A stretch of DNA of 64,000 nt from Octopus sinensis (Eukaryota), in the NCBI RefSeq assembly GCF_006345805.1, contig NC_043015.1, positions 30,752,001-30,816,000 on the forward strand. Reading direction: 5' to 3'. Below, one piece after another: positions 39,856 to 53,420 of this stretch. A model generated the notes under the pieces. The model made no database searches, was not told the origin of the DNA, and saw nothing but the letters and a program-made list of their open reading frames with translations. The position numbers and the translations under genes are program-made. The stretch's first letter is position 1. Each line of letters begins with the position of its first letter.

Positions 39856-40336
39856 ATTTACTCTCTCTATCATTAAAAACTTTTTTCTCAGATTGCGAAA
39901 TGTGCAGAAAAATTGGATTTTAGGTTGGTGCAGGTTATGACTAATTAAGAATTTGTTAGAAACAATAATCAAGTCCTCAAGACCACTTTGGAAGTAGTCA
40001 TAGCTAGAATGCCTTTCATCCCAACCTGCTGGAAATAGCAGCCGAGTCCTTGAGACCACACACTGGAAGTAAGCTAGTCATGGCCGGAATTCCTTCCATC
40101 ATAGGCTGACCAATCAGTTGACTTGTGGGAAAACAGCTGTGTGTGTGTTCTAGTGTCAGACATACTGCCCTACTTCTCACTCACATTCTCTATTTACCGT
40201 TCTCTGACTAAATGTCAACAGAAATAATTCCTGTCAAGAGGCAGCTCTACGTATGTGAAGTAATAGGAACATTTTAGCTGCATTAGTCAAACAAATCCCC
40301 TTAATTGTTCTGTAAGTTAGGATAATATCCTTTGTC

Positions 40337-40368
<32 letters not shown>

Positions 40369-41689
40369 CTGTGTGAAGTAATTCTTGTGCTGGCTGAATG
40401 ACAGCATGAGTACCCATTACATTCTGAAGTCAGTCCCCACTGGTAACTTAATTTCCTGAGTGAGTAGAGGGTTTTATTACATTGGCTATAGCCATCTCGC
40501 CAACAAAAGCATTTTGACTTTTGACTATAGGAAAACATTGTAGGCAAAAAAGAGAATATCGGCTATAAAATTAAAGTATATGTTTTCACCTCTTAGATAC
40601 GAAATGATATTCTTTGGTGTTCATTAAATCAACAATCCCCTTATACAAATGTGTGGTCATGAATAAAGGATCTTTTTTTTTCTCCGGAGCGTATTATGAT
40701 ATTTTACTGTGTTCTGGCATCAATAGAAACTGCATAAATAGGTGGTGGTTAGATAACTACCTCTCGGATATAAACATCATGTCAGAAAAGATACAAGCTT
40801 TGAATTTATATATTCCATATTCACAAGAATAATGGCCCATTAAATTTTCTTAAATGCAGTTATCAGACCAATGAATTACATTTAGTCCACTGAAGATAAG
40901 TGTATGGTAATCGTTTTCTCTCTCACAGTAATATATATGGAAGGTAACCTACTTAATGGCTCATGGGTCCTGACTTTTGTTGAGTCATTCAATCCAGCTA
41001 AAGACTTAGTATTAGGCGTGTCTGTGGAAAGAGCTCTGTTATAGAATGGTGATTTGCCTGCAGCAGAGTTACGGGCACCCTTTGCCTCCATTCAAATCTG
41101 AAGTTGCCAGCTGTCATCTTTACATGAAAAGCAATTGAATTTATAGAATTAAAGATGCGTTATTTCTATTTTTCAGCACTGATGCACAGCACATGTTTTG
41201 ATAGACTTGCAGTGTACTAAAATGTTTTTTTAATCCCTGGCCTACAGGAAGCTGTGCTTTCTTTTATGCAATGCTACAGAAAATGGAATTAAGGAAGTAA
41301 GTTCCTTTGAACTCCTGTAGTTTCTGATAGGATGGACTTTTTCAATAGACATACTTTCTGTAGAAAGACTGGTAGTCAGTGAAATTAGTTGACACCAGTA
41401 ATTAGATATTTATCAGCATAGAAGTCATTTAAACAAGAAATGTAGGACAACCATTTCTGGCATTTCTCCACCTCATCCAGGTGTGATGTATTATATTCAG
41501 ACAGCACCGATCTTTATATGAAGGGAATAAGTAATCCATTAAACTAAACTTGGTATTATTAGTACAGCTCTTACCCCTCCCCTTCATCTTTCATTTGTTG
41601 GTTTGCGTAAAAGGAAAAAGAAATGCAATATCCCATTCAGAAATAAAATATTTTAAAAATGAAAAGTTGTCGACGAGATTATGACTGAG

Positions 41690-42340
41690 AGTAAACAGTT
41701 TATTCAAAGTAGCTGGCCTCAAGATGGCTCTGGGACCTGGTACATGCATTATTCATTTTGGCCACTAGCTCAGCCTTTGTGTTTCAGGCATAGCGGTTGG
41801 TCATTCCCAACCATGCCCCACATATAGTAATCCTTGTGATTACAATCAGCAATTAAGAGACCAGAAATTGGAGCAGGTAAAAGTTGTAGAGATTGTCTTG
41901 ACAACCACTTCTTACTGTTTCTGGAACTTCTAGCAAGGAGCCAAACCCTGCTGCTACACATATGGCATTCTAGCAGTTTCGCATAGAATTGAGTCTAATG
42001 CCCTGTTCAAAGATGTGGGGACGAATTCCAGCTTGCAGACACAGTATGCATGCTGTGTCTCTTCATCCTAACCACAGGTTCATAGTTTCCGTTGCAGCTG
42101 TCCGTATCATGTCTTACACTCTTTACAGTATTCATAGAGCATTGAGCAGCAGTCATGATGTTGGCACTTGGATATCTGGCACAAACCATCATGATACAGG
42201 TAACTCTTCCAGTATTCAGATAGCTCAGGTTAGAACCTGGCCGTAATAATATTAGCTAACTTTTTCTCAACTACAATTCTATCCTCTTCGATGCCATCGG
42301 CTGTTCACCAATACATCTTAGGCTGTTACTGAAAAATGGC
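41690..42340 (-). mobile_element. Decayed Tc1/mariner (maT/DD37D-like) transposase
   Basis: Minus-strand PYV*QQGLAPC (cf. WQQDSAPCH), DCNHKDYYMWG (cf. SPDCNPLDYYVWG), TKAELVAK, LEASYFE*; homologous piece on + at ~54190-54340. Confidence 0.8.
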
Positions 42341-42689
42341 AACATAAAGAAAAATCGTCAAATTTAACCCAAACTTTCTGTATGGGCTTCCATACTGGTT
42401 ATAGGTTGGATGTGTTATAAATCATTACCACTCAAGTCGTCTTTTTTTTTTTCTGTAAGACTCAACATCCTGAGGTCTCATTTCACTACTTTCAACTTCT
42501 ACTGCTAACAAAGATCCTCTACTTGCAAACAATATCGATTTTTCATATTGTGTGAAGGACCTGTGCAGTCAGCTCCTCTTCAGACTTCTCCAGCTCCTCT
42601 CTCAGCACCATAGTTCTATGCATGTTCACCTCACAACACCCACTAAATATTCCAGATTTTTCTGTCACCATTCTTATATTCTTTTACGT

Positions 42690-43240
42690 GCACCATTTTT
42701 AAAAATTCTTTTGACTGCGATCATACTGGAGCATCACCATAAGGGGTTTTAGCCGAAGCAATCAACCCCAGTACTTATTCTATTGCTCTCTCTCTCTCTC
42801 TTGCCAAGCTGCTAAGTAATGGGGGCATAAACACACCAACATCGGTTGTCAATCGATGGCAGAAGGGACAAACACAGACACATAATACATGTCGTGTATA
42901 TATATATATATATATTGGTAAACACGGTAAGAACAAAAGAAAGAAAGAGACCTCAATATTATGTAAATAGAGGAAATTTATCTAAAATCCATATTAAATT
43001 CTTCTGTGTGTCAGAGTACTCAACCGATGTCTGGCAATTATCCAAAAGAAGCTGTGTATATATATATATATATATATACACACGATGGGCTTCTTTGAGT
43101 TTCCTTCTACCAAATCCACTGACAAGGCTTTGATTGACTTGAAGCTATAGTATAAACACTTGCCCAAGGTGCCACGCAGTGGGACTGAATCAGGAACCAT
43201 GTGGTTCGTAAGCAAGCTACTTACCACACAGCCACGCCCC
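42690..43240 (-). mobile_element. SINE family A, interrupted
   Basis: Tail at 42690-42900 and head at 43080-43240 with extra sequence between. Confidence 0.75.
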
Positions 43241-44218
43241 ACCAAGCACTTCTTTGTGACTTGGTGTATGCCCTCTCACCATATCTACCTTTTGAGGTTG
43301 CTAGAATTGACTGCTACTTCACTCAATACTCAGTCTTCTGCCTTTTGTAAGATGTCTTGCTTATCTACAACTTTGTGGTCTTTACAAAATATAGAAATTA
43401 CGTCCAATGTACAACCTGTTTGAATTAGCATTTGTTTATTCGTTTCTCCACCATCAATACCTTCATTTGAATTAAATAAGATCTCGTCGAGTTAAATTTT
43501 TTTTCTTTAAATACCAAAACATGAAGACATTGCAAGCGAAAGGTGGGAGTCTATCATCGACAAAAACTATGGTACAGAGTTATCTATCCCTGAAGCTTAT
43601 CTCCCCTGACACGTCAATATTTCTTTATAGTCATTACTAAATTGTTAGCTTAGGCAATTTTATTTCCTTTCGTTATTCTCTCTTTTTCTTTTTTTTTAAA
43701 CTGAAATGTCAGATTTAGGAAAAGAGGATTGGACTAATTACTGATAAAGTATAGAAAATAATGATGGAGGTTTCTGTAGTCTTGCTGTAAAGTTTTACAT
43801 TACTTTTGTGTGTGGGTGATTAATGGTTGAGGTTGAATGTGTAATAGAATTAGTTTTACTGTTCACCTGATATCCACCTGAACACACACACACGCACAGT
43901 AAAGAGATGAAGACTTGACTCATTGCTCACCTCATTACTATCTCTCTCATCATTTTTTAAAGTATAGGGAAAGTCTGGCTGGAAATAATTTCTCTTCAAT
44001 AGATTTTCAAGATTATGAGGGGGAAAAAAATATATATTTATTTCTACAACATTCAGCTTTCAGGAATTGGTTATTATATTTGTTTTGTGTTATTAAGTAA
44101 GTACACAGGGGGGGGGCTGTGGTGTTCTGACGCTGCAATGAATATATTTTGACAGCTAAAATGAGTCGTAGGAAACTCGAGAAGAAAATTTTGAAAGTGT
44201 TCTCCAGTTTTTAACAAA

Positions 44219-44262
<44 letters not shown>

Positions 44263-45401
44263 GATGGGCTTCTTTGAGTTTCCTTCTACCAAATCCACTG
44301 ACAAGGCTTTGATTGACTTGAAGCTATAGTATAAACACTTGCCCAAGGTGCCACGCAGTGGGACTGAATCAGGAACCATGTGGTTCGTAAGCAAGCTACT
44401 TACCACACAGCCACGCCCCACCAAGCACTTCTTTGTGACTTGGTGTATGCCCTCTCACCATATCTACCTTTTGAGGTTGCTAGAATTGACTGCTACTTCA
44501 CTCAATACTCAGTCTTCTGCCTTTTGTAAGATGTCTTGCTTATCTACAACTTTGTGGTCTTTACAAAATATAGAAATTACGTCCAATGTACAACCTGTTT
44601 AAATTAGTATTTGTTTATTCGTTTCTCCACCATCAATACCTTCATTTGAATTAAATAAGATCTCGTCGAGTTAAATTTTTTTTCTTTAAATACCAAAACA
44701 TGAAGACATTGCAAGCGAAAGGTGGGAGTCTATCATCGACAAAAACTATGGTACAGAGTTATCTATCCCTGAAGCTTATCTCCCCTGACACGTCAATATT
44801 TCTTTATAGTCATTACTAAATTGTTAGCTTAGGCAATTTTATTTCCTTTCGTTATTCTCTCTTTTTCTTTTTTTTTAAACTGAAATGTCAGATTTAGGAA
44901 AAGAGGATTGGACTAATTACTGATAAAGTATAGAAAATAATGATGGAGGTTTCTGTAGTCTTGCTGTAAAGTTTTACATTACTTTTGTGTGTGGGTGATT
45001 AATGGTTGAGGTTGAATGTGTAATAGAATTAGTTTTACTGTTCACCTGATATCCACCTGAACACACACACACGCACAGTAAAGAGATGAAGACTTGACTC
45101 ATTGCTCACCTCATTACTATCTCTCATCATTTTTTAAAGTATAGGGAAAGTCTGGCTGGAAATAATTTCTCTGCAATAGATTTTCAAGATTATGAGGGGG
45201 AAAAAAATATATATTTATTTCTACAACATTCAGCTTTCAGGAATTGGTTATTATATTTGTTTTGTGTTATTAAGTAAGTACACAGGGGGGGGGGGGCTGT
45301 GGTGTTCTGACGCTGCAATGAATATATTTTGACAGCTAAAATGAGTCGTAGGAAACTCGAGAAGAAAATTTTGAAAGTGTTCTCCAGTTTTTAACAAATA
45401 C

Positions 45402-45426
<25 letters not shown>
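43057..45426. repeat. ~1.18-kb near-identical tandem duplication
   Basis: 'cacgatgggc' at 43081 and 44260 (offset 1179); identical ORFs 43160..43423 and 44339..44602; units bounded by (TA)n at ~43057, ~44222, ~45402. Confidence 0.97.
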
Positions 45427-45432
<6 letters not shown>

Positions 45433-45685
45433 ACCGACCAGACCATCAGATGTTACACATCGCTGGTCACAATGCGTTCGCATTGTTTTAGCCTTCGAAT
45501 GACGCCACCCCACTGGCTAAGCGAGCAGGCCAACAGAAGAAAGAGTGGTGAACGAGTACAGCAGGGATCACCACCACCCCCTGCCGGAGCCTCGTGGAGC
45601 TTTTAGGTGTTTTCGCTCAATAAACACTCACAACGCCCAGTCTGGGAATCGAAACCGCGAGTCCGCTGCCCTAACCACTAGGCCA
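45427..45685 (-). mobile_element. SINE family B head with tail type 3
   Basis: Shared head to 'gatccctgctgtactc', then a distinct tail '...cgaaggctaaaacaatgcgaacgcattgtgaccagcgatgtg...'. Confidence 0.8.
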
Positions 45686-45890
45686 TATATACACACACAC
45701 ACCCATCTTTCACTTAACCATTGTGAGACGAAGAACTCTATATACATCTGCTTCAGAACAAAGCGGCAGTAAGAAATTCTGAAGAATTTATTAGGTGTTT
45801 GTTACTCAAGCACTCCACTATGAATCCACCGCATCTGAAAGCAGAAACAGCCGTAAGCCAATGAAGTTCATATTCCTTTGCCATCTCATT

Positions 45891-46177
45891 GCGCAGGCGT
45901 GGCTGTGTGGTAAGTAAGAAGCTTGCTTCTCAACCGCATGGTTCCGGGTTCGGTCCCACTGCGTGCTAAGTGTCTTCTACTATAGACTTAGGACGACCGG
46001 ATTATGGTAGATGGAAACTGAAAGAAGTCCGTCGTGTATATTATATTTGTGTGTTTGTCCCCGAAACTTAGTCTATCGGTCTCTATTGCCGAACCGCTAA
46101 GTCCTGGGGGTCGATTTCTTCGGCGAAAGGCGGTGCTCCAGCATGGCCACACTCGAATGGCTGAAACGCGTAAAAGA
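45891..46177 (+). mobile_element. SINE family A, internally deleted
   Basis: 'gcgcaggcgtggctgtgtggtaag...ggttccgggttcggtcccactgcgtg...ggcggtgctccagcatggcc'. Confidence 0.85.
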
Positions 46178-46225
46178 TATATATATATGATCATCTGCCA
46201 CCCGTAACAGTATGATTTGGTAGCG

Positions 46226-46612
46226 GTTACTTGTTTCAGTCATTTGACTGCGGCCATGCTGGAGCACCGCCTTTAATCGAGCAACTCGACCCCGAGACTT
46301 ATTCTTTTGTAAGCCCAGTACTTATTCTATCAGTCTCTTTTGCCGAACCGCTAAGTAACGGGGACGTAAACACACCAGCATCGGTTGTCAAGCAATGCTA
46401 GGGGGACAAACACAGACGCACAAACACACACACGCGTATATATATATACGACGGGCTTCTTTCAGTTTCCGTCTACCAAATCCACTCACAAGACTTTGGT
46501 CGGCCCGGGGCTATAGCAGAAGACACTTGCCCAAGGTGCCATGCAGTGGGACCGAACCCGGAATCATGTGGTTGGTAAACAAGCTACTTACCACACAGCC
46601 ACTCCTGCGCCT
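46226..46612 (-). mobile_element. SINE family A, full length
   Basis: Near-identical to 58062-58491. Confidence 0.92.
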
Positions 46613-46777
46613 ATGTATAATAAATTGATCTCGGTCAGAATCTCTGTACACGAGGGTCCAGTTTGATCGCCCAAGCTACAAGGCCGGCCGTTTGAATGAC
46701 AATACAATCCAATAGACGAGCTTTTTTCTACACAACTTCACTCAGAAGGTATGAGGTGACTCGTAGGATATTAGAAA

Positions 46778-46869
46778 ATGGCACTTGACCAAAATGTCAC
46801 GCGACGGAATCAAAAGTTAAGGCCTCGTAATTGCGATGCAGACTCCTTAAACCGTTCGACCATTCTGTC
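46778..46869 (+). CDS. Tentative first coding exon of an unidentified gene (MALDQNVTRRNQKLRPRNCDADSLNRSTIL)
   Basis: In a CpG-rich island (46640-46990); gaaaATGG context overlapping a YY1-type AAAATGGC; donor tc|GTATGT at 46870. No downstream exon identified. Confidence 0.35.
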
Positions 46870-49800
46870 GTATGTGTTTGTGTGGATGTACAGCGGGGTG
46901 GCCGGGTCGGGTGGCGTGAGATGACGTTTCGCTTCTGACATCATCTGCAACCATTAAGTTTATTTTGGTAACGTACCTTGCGCGTGTATATATTACACTC
47001 CCGTTTATAGACATATATATATATATATATATAACATTTAAAACAATTAACTCGTGTGCACGCACGCACACAATGATGTCAGCTACATTTCCGTTCTTGC
47101 TATAATAATCATTAACCAGAAAACGAGCTGCAAATTTCTTCCGGTGTATCTTTTACACATCACATATATATATGTGTGTGTGTGTGTATACCATCACGAA
47201 TCAAGGAATAAGTCGTGTAGCGTATAGACACGTACACACGCGCGCCTACATAGCCATCAACTCACGAGGCATCCATCCTGCTTCATGGTTTGCTCGACCT
47301 GCTATAAACAACAATCACACCTCCATCAAAATCACTCCCCATTTTAACAACAAAACACGATAATTGTGCTTTGAATGTATTGTGACCAATGTGCTCACAA
47401 TAAACTGGCAAACAAGTATTTGTTTACTCCACACCTACAATCACTGCACTCCAAACAAAATTAGTCATATTACTAAAATTAATGTTAACTAAGAGCCAAG
47501 AACATTTATTTGTATGAAAATGACATTCCTTCTCACTGTCCAAACCTGATTATCTCATATTATTAAATATAGCAATTAACAACAAAACAAAGTTGGGTGA
47601 AGCACTATCATCCGAGATACTCCTAAATAAACGGGATGGTCGTGGCTGAAATGCCTTAGACTACAGGCCTGTCAGCTCGAAATGAAGTCAATTTATTGCC
47701 GTTTTTCGAATTTGTTTTGAGAAGAGGAACATTTTGCAATATTTAAAATGTGATTCGATCCCTTTGTGAGCCGCAAAAATATTGTCGGTAAACTTTTCGG
47801 ATCCATTTTGGTTCCTTTTTATCTGTGGAATGGTTTGGATTTTACGCAGTTTAAAATAACCGTTTCTACCCTTTGTACGAGTGTGTGTGTGCGCGCGATA
47901 CATATATATATTTTGATCCTCCCGTCTTGTATTCTACAAAACACCCTAGTAGAAATCAATAGAGCTCCAGATATCCTGAGTTCGAATCCCACCAAGGTCG
48001 ATTGGACTATTCCAGCTAGAAGACCTCAGGCTTTGGGACTATATTGAAAGCAACTGTCAGTTCATTCGACGGGTGCTTTATCCTTTACGTTCTGAGTTCA
48101 AATACCGTAGGGGTTCGAATTTATCTTTTAATCTCTGCGGGATCGATTTAATATTCCTGTAAAAATATTCTAGATATGAATAGATTTATAAATCGCCCAC
48201 AAATTCACGTTATTTGTGCCGATGTCGGAAACCTTAAGTCAATGAAACAAAAATATTTGCCCCTAGAATTTTGCAAGCTTCTAAGATGAACGTCACACAA
48301 TCCCGTCCACCCGGCCACTTTTCCCATAAGTTCTTTCGGATTTACTTAGTTTTTCTATCCCGTTTCATGCTGTCATCACGTTGTATCTTTCTTTAATTCA
48401 GTTTCTATGTCCGCAAAATAAGAAACCGTTAGTTTCCCGCGGGACAATCATAGGTTCACAGAAATTCAAATTAGTGATATAAGGCCACGCAAACATCTAT
48501 TTTTCTTTTCATCCCTTCGGGGCGAGAGACAGAAGGGACAAGGCTTAAAATAAACTGACTACTATCCTTTTTCCCTTACACTTCTTTGAGGAATCATTTT
48601 TCGAACTGTTTTGCCATTAGATATCGTAAAGTCAACGGTGCACTCATCAGCTAGAAATAGCAACCAAATCACACCCTACCGTAATTTTTTTTTCCTTCTA
48701 AAGAAAAAAAACATTGGATAATTTAGCCCTACATATATAATCTCATCTATATAAAGACAGGATGGTCACGACCAGAACGCCTTATATAATAGGCCTGCAT
48801 CTTTAACAGTTGGGTATATGTATGTACTGCCTAAATAGATGGGTTGAAACAATTATCCCCTTCTGTCACAACCGCTAATTATTGTCGCCATCATCACAAG
48901 ACGACAATTTAACCAACTTTTTCTCCCTGTCAAAGCCTGCCTTGTTCGACAAAACACATGATGTGTCTGATGTTTAATGTCTAACCGTCATACCAAACTT
49001 GAAAGTCTTTCTTAATATGGCAAACTCCCTGATGGAAACGCACACACACACACACACATTTGCCAAAGTTTTACGTTCCGAAACTTTTAAAACTTATTTC
49101 TGAATTTTAGAAGTTTTGTCTTTTATTAATGTTGCTATTGTTTTTACATCAATAATAACACAATAAAATCTTTAACAGAACTATATATAGATATATATAT
49201 GGTGTTGACTACTATTGACTATAGGGCGAGTCGCGACGTACTCGCTGTCAGAAATAGCAGCAAAATCTTCCTCTCGTCTTGAAAACAAAAAGAGCCCGTT
49301 GAATATTGTGGGCTTGGGTCTTTTCTTTTCAGAAAAGAACCATAGTCACAGCTGGAATGACTTTTATCTGGGACTAAATAACATCTTCCAAAGATGGCAA
49401 AATGTATTTACAAAAATACGGAGCTGAACTTACTAACTTTTGAGTGACTAGTTTAAGTGTGTGTGTGTGTAAAGAGTAACTCGTATATCATTGCTGAACT
49501 TTATATACAAATTGACTTCATATTTTTACAGCAAAAATAGTTTTCGTAAAGCTAACGCATTTAGTTGCCCCATATTACGGTTATATTCATATTGGGAAAA
49601 TAATGGGTTTTAGTCAACCTCGAGTAAGATTTCCTACACACACTCCAACACTCCCCTCAGGTTTTCCGTTTCTCTTGAGCTATTTTCTTCATATAATGAT
49701 ACATTTAAAAAAAAAAACGCCTCCTGATAATCACATGAAACCAACAAGGAAGCATTAATATGGTTTTCCTTTCGCCTGTTTAAGAAATAACGGCCAAATT

Positions 49801-50009
49801 CCCTCCAATCACAAACCCCGACTCACTTTTTTGAAAAAAAAAAAAAAATATGGCACACTAAATTAGTCACGGGCAAACTGCGGCCCGATTCATTTTTTTG
49901 AATGTCACGCCTAACGGAAAAAATACCCTTTTTTTTTTTTCTTTAATTGTGCGGCCAGCCTCTTGAAAAGGGTTGCCCATGCTTGCGTTAGACAAGGTAG
50001 TACTATATA

Positions 50010-50280
50010 TATATTTCTTTACTACCCACAAGGGGCTAAACACAGACAAAGGGATTAAGTCGATTACATTGACCCCAGTGCGTAACTGGTACTTAATTTA
50101 TCGACCCCAAAAGGGTGAAAGGCAACACTTATTACTATATATTTCTTTACTACCCACAAGGGGCTACACACAGAGGGGACAAACAAGGACAGACAAAGGG
50201 ATTAAGTCGATTACATCGAGCCCCAGTGCGTAACTGGCACTTAATTTATCGACCCCGAAAGGATGAAAGGCAAAACGTAT
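50010..50280 (-). mobile_element. Two tandem SINE family D 3' fragments
   Basis: 'tttctttactacccacaaggggcta...gattaagtcgattacat...aaaggcaa' occurs twice in direct repeat. Confidence 0.8.
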
Positions 50281-51301
50281 TAGTATATACCCGTAGAGAC
50301 AGGCTGCTCAATCCGAATTTGACCCGGAGTTAAACCTGCGAAATAACCTTTCATTCGTTAGTCATATTCTGCAGCAGCACCACAAAATAGTATTTAAAAG
50401 ACAGAAGAAAATAGAGTCGAGAAATGCCATGTCCGTCTTGGCATATGTAGGAGAATGGGAAAGGAATTGATAAAGATTGAAGTTACACGTCAAGTATTGG
50501 AATAGATTTAATATTCTGGCATCACATCTCTGTTGCTTTAAAGCATCTTTGGTGTGAACGGAATTGTAAAAGAAGACAAGTGTGGTTCCAACTTTGTTCT
50601 CTCATCTCTCTGGTGTTGTTAGTGTTACAAATAGATCCAAGTTGACCCCGATTGAGATCTACGACCAAAGGAATTCCACACTGTCCCTAACTATGTTTTT
50701 TCCCCGACAATTTCCATCAAATACGACATTGTCCAGTATATATTTTTAAGACTGGCTTAAAGGAGATTTGACTGCTATTTCTAGCATTTCACGTGATTCA
50801 TAGGTTGCAGTTCCTTTTTGTCTTTTTCTGCTAAAAAATATAATGGTAACTTATTTCATACACTGCAGTACATTATGTAATTATATATACCCACATACAC
50901 ACACACACACGTATACATACATTCCAATATAAACACACAGCAATATACCGTTATTTCGGAAGGCTTTCTTGAACATTTATTTTAATTTCTCTCCCTACAA
51001 TTACAAAAGCAAATAAAATTTAAATATTTCAAAGTTGTACGATTATGAGAACTTATATGGAATAAAATACAGTGTGATTATAAACGAAGTGTGACTGTAG
51101 ACGATGCCAAACAATTCTTGAACGCGAAGATTGTTATGAAGAAATGTTAAAGCTGCTGTATATAGTGTCAACACCCTATACACAAATATATGTGTCATAA
51201 TTTATAAAGTGCATACATTTAAATAAATAGACATAGTTAAAACGTGCAATGTTTTCTTGAACACGACAGACTGATAGGTATATTCGTTGTCGACTATTTT
51301 T

Positions 51302-51714
51302 GGATCTTTTCGGTTTGACCGGCAGTTTTTAACATAATTTCCACGTAACTAAACACTTTTAAACTTGTATACTGGTAGAATGTGTTTATAAAACATCTTT
51401 TTCTCTTGGCTTTATTGAGAAAATTCTATAGTTTGTAAGACATTTGTTGTTTTTTTTTCTTCAACTTCTGCAATTTCAACCAATCACTGACGTCCATTGA
51501 GGTAAAAAAAAACATTCTGCGCCGTATGAATATGTCCCTCGTTTAAGAAACAGATTGGGTTTATTTACATTTCTGAAGAAAAAAAGATACCTTCCCCCCA
51601 CCCCTAACCCTAAAACAGATTGAAATGCAATAGATCGATACTAGGGTCATGATTATGGGTGACAATTTCATATGACACAGCTAGAAAAAACTGCCGTTCA
51701 AACCGAAAAGATCC
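51302..51714. mobile_element. 413-bp MITE with 29-bp TIRs
   Basis: ggatcttttcggtttgaccggcagttttt versus aaaaactgccgttcaaaccgaaaagatcc (1 mismatch); internal 'cccctaaccctaa'; no TSD seen. Confidence 0.75.
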
Positions 51715-52139
51715 GAAATTTTTTTTTAGTGCGGGTGTATAGAAATATGTTATTAAATGCCTTGGTACCTTTTGGTTATCTCACTCCCAATTAAAAAATT
51801 GACTTCACCACACTCCAGCACGCTGATATCTTATTCTATGGGTTGGGCTGGCAGAATCAGCGAGTTGGAGAAAATTGTTTTGCAGTATTTGTTCTGGATC
51901 TTTACGTTCTCAGTTCAAATCCTGCCAAGGCCAACACTTTGCTTTCGTCCCCTTGGGGTCGATAAATAAAGTACCAGTCAAATATTAAGATCGATATTAT
52001 CAACTAATCCCCTCCCCTCCTTTGTGCCTGTTAGAAAAATTATTGCTGTTGGCATTGCGTTCCCGAAGACTAGGTCATTATTATCCATTTGAAAAGACTA
52101 TGGAATTTACAATTAACTGCACCAGGGAACCAGACTTAA

Positions 52140-52382
52140 TGGTATACCTGCGGATGTAGGTCCAGCCCCTGCTTTGCCGGGTCCTGTCTCTGATCACGTT
52201 GCACCTCCAAGGGCATCCATTGACGGTGATGCCCTCAATCTTAACAGACGGGTATCACCTGATGGAGAAGAGTCAGCTCCCAACCAAACAAACACCTCAT
52301 CTAAAATACCATGATGGACCGTGAAGTCTGGCGTAGCATGGTAAATTCCATTGTCTCGACCACGGTCGAACAATGATGATGA
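52140..52382 (+). mobile_element. Non-autonomous RTE-type retroelement, second variant
   Basis: 3' end 'atgatggaccgtgaagtctggcg...gaccacggtcgaacaatgatgatga' shared with 6997-7075; different 5' part. Confidence 0.55.
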
Positions 52383-52439
52383 GGTCATTGTATTAATTTG
52401 TGCCACATTTCTAGGAAATAACCTCACTTATTCTTTTCT

Positions 52440-53170
52440 ATATAAGGTGGTTATTCTTGATGACCATCTCTACTCATTTAGAGATTGGAAGTGAGTGCGA
52501 TAGAGCAATAGTTGGCACGGTCAGAGGTTACGTTTCTTAGGAATGGAAACAGCGATTTCCAAAGATCAGAGTGGACCCCTGTAGAAATGGAGACAGTGAA
52601 GAGTTTAGTGGAGGGGTAATGGAAGAGACACAGTGAAGGCCAGTAGCCTTTTTGATGTGAAAGTGTGGAAATGTCCACACTTTATATGTACATAAGCAAA
52701 ATGGTGAGTTGGGGATTTGTCTGTGAAGCGAGCAGTGGAGGCTTTCTAGGTTGTGGGAACTACTCACAGAACCATTGTGATATGGAGGCAAAGAAGATTC
52801 TGCAAAACTGGAGAAAATCCTTTTGGCATAGGGCCAAAAGGATTGGTTGTAGTTTGGAAGGTGAGACGATTTCAAAACTGTTTGATGTACGAAGTCATAT
52901 TTTATGATTCAGATAAACAGCCTCGCAAACGTCTCGTTGCTGGATGAATGCCACCTAGTTTTGAGGTATGTGTGAGTTTTGCCAGATGCTGTAGGGCTTT
53001 GCTTTATGCCTGATCAGCTTCAGCACAACTAGGTGTGAACCTCTTGGGACATGGATATCAGTGAAATAGTGATCTGAGGGAGGGAAAGCAATGGTGGACA
53101 ACTCGGAAGAGCATTTAGGGATGCATTGGATAGCAACAGATATGAATGAAACTCTCCCCACTCAAGCATC
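52440..53170 (-). mobile_element. Decayed CR1/L2-like LINE ORF2 fragment
   Basis: Peptides PSDHYFTDIHVP, LIRHKAKPY and SFWPYAKRIFSSFAESSLPP resemble the endonuclease end and linker of invertebrate CR1-like ORF2. Confidence 0.5.
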
Positions 53171-53389
53171 ATAATCTGAAAGGATAGAGAAGACCAGAGT
53201 AGTGGGGGGGGGGATTAAGGGTGCACAGATATAATACTTTCAATTCATGGAACGCATGTTACAGTGAATAGCAGCTATGATATACATGTTAAGGGTATTG
53301 CATAAGCAATAGAGCATAGAGGATAACTTAGCATGTACAAATAGACAACAGCCTGTGTGTGTGCATGTATGTATGTCACAACCCATGTG

Positions 53390-53420
<31 letters not shown>

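Noticed and set aside
43160-44602. Duplicated 87-aa 'gene'
   Set aside because: The ORF starts in the antisense of a SINE head; duplicated only because of the tandem duplication.
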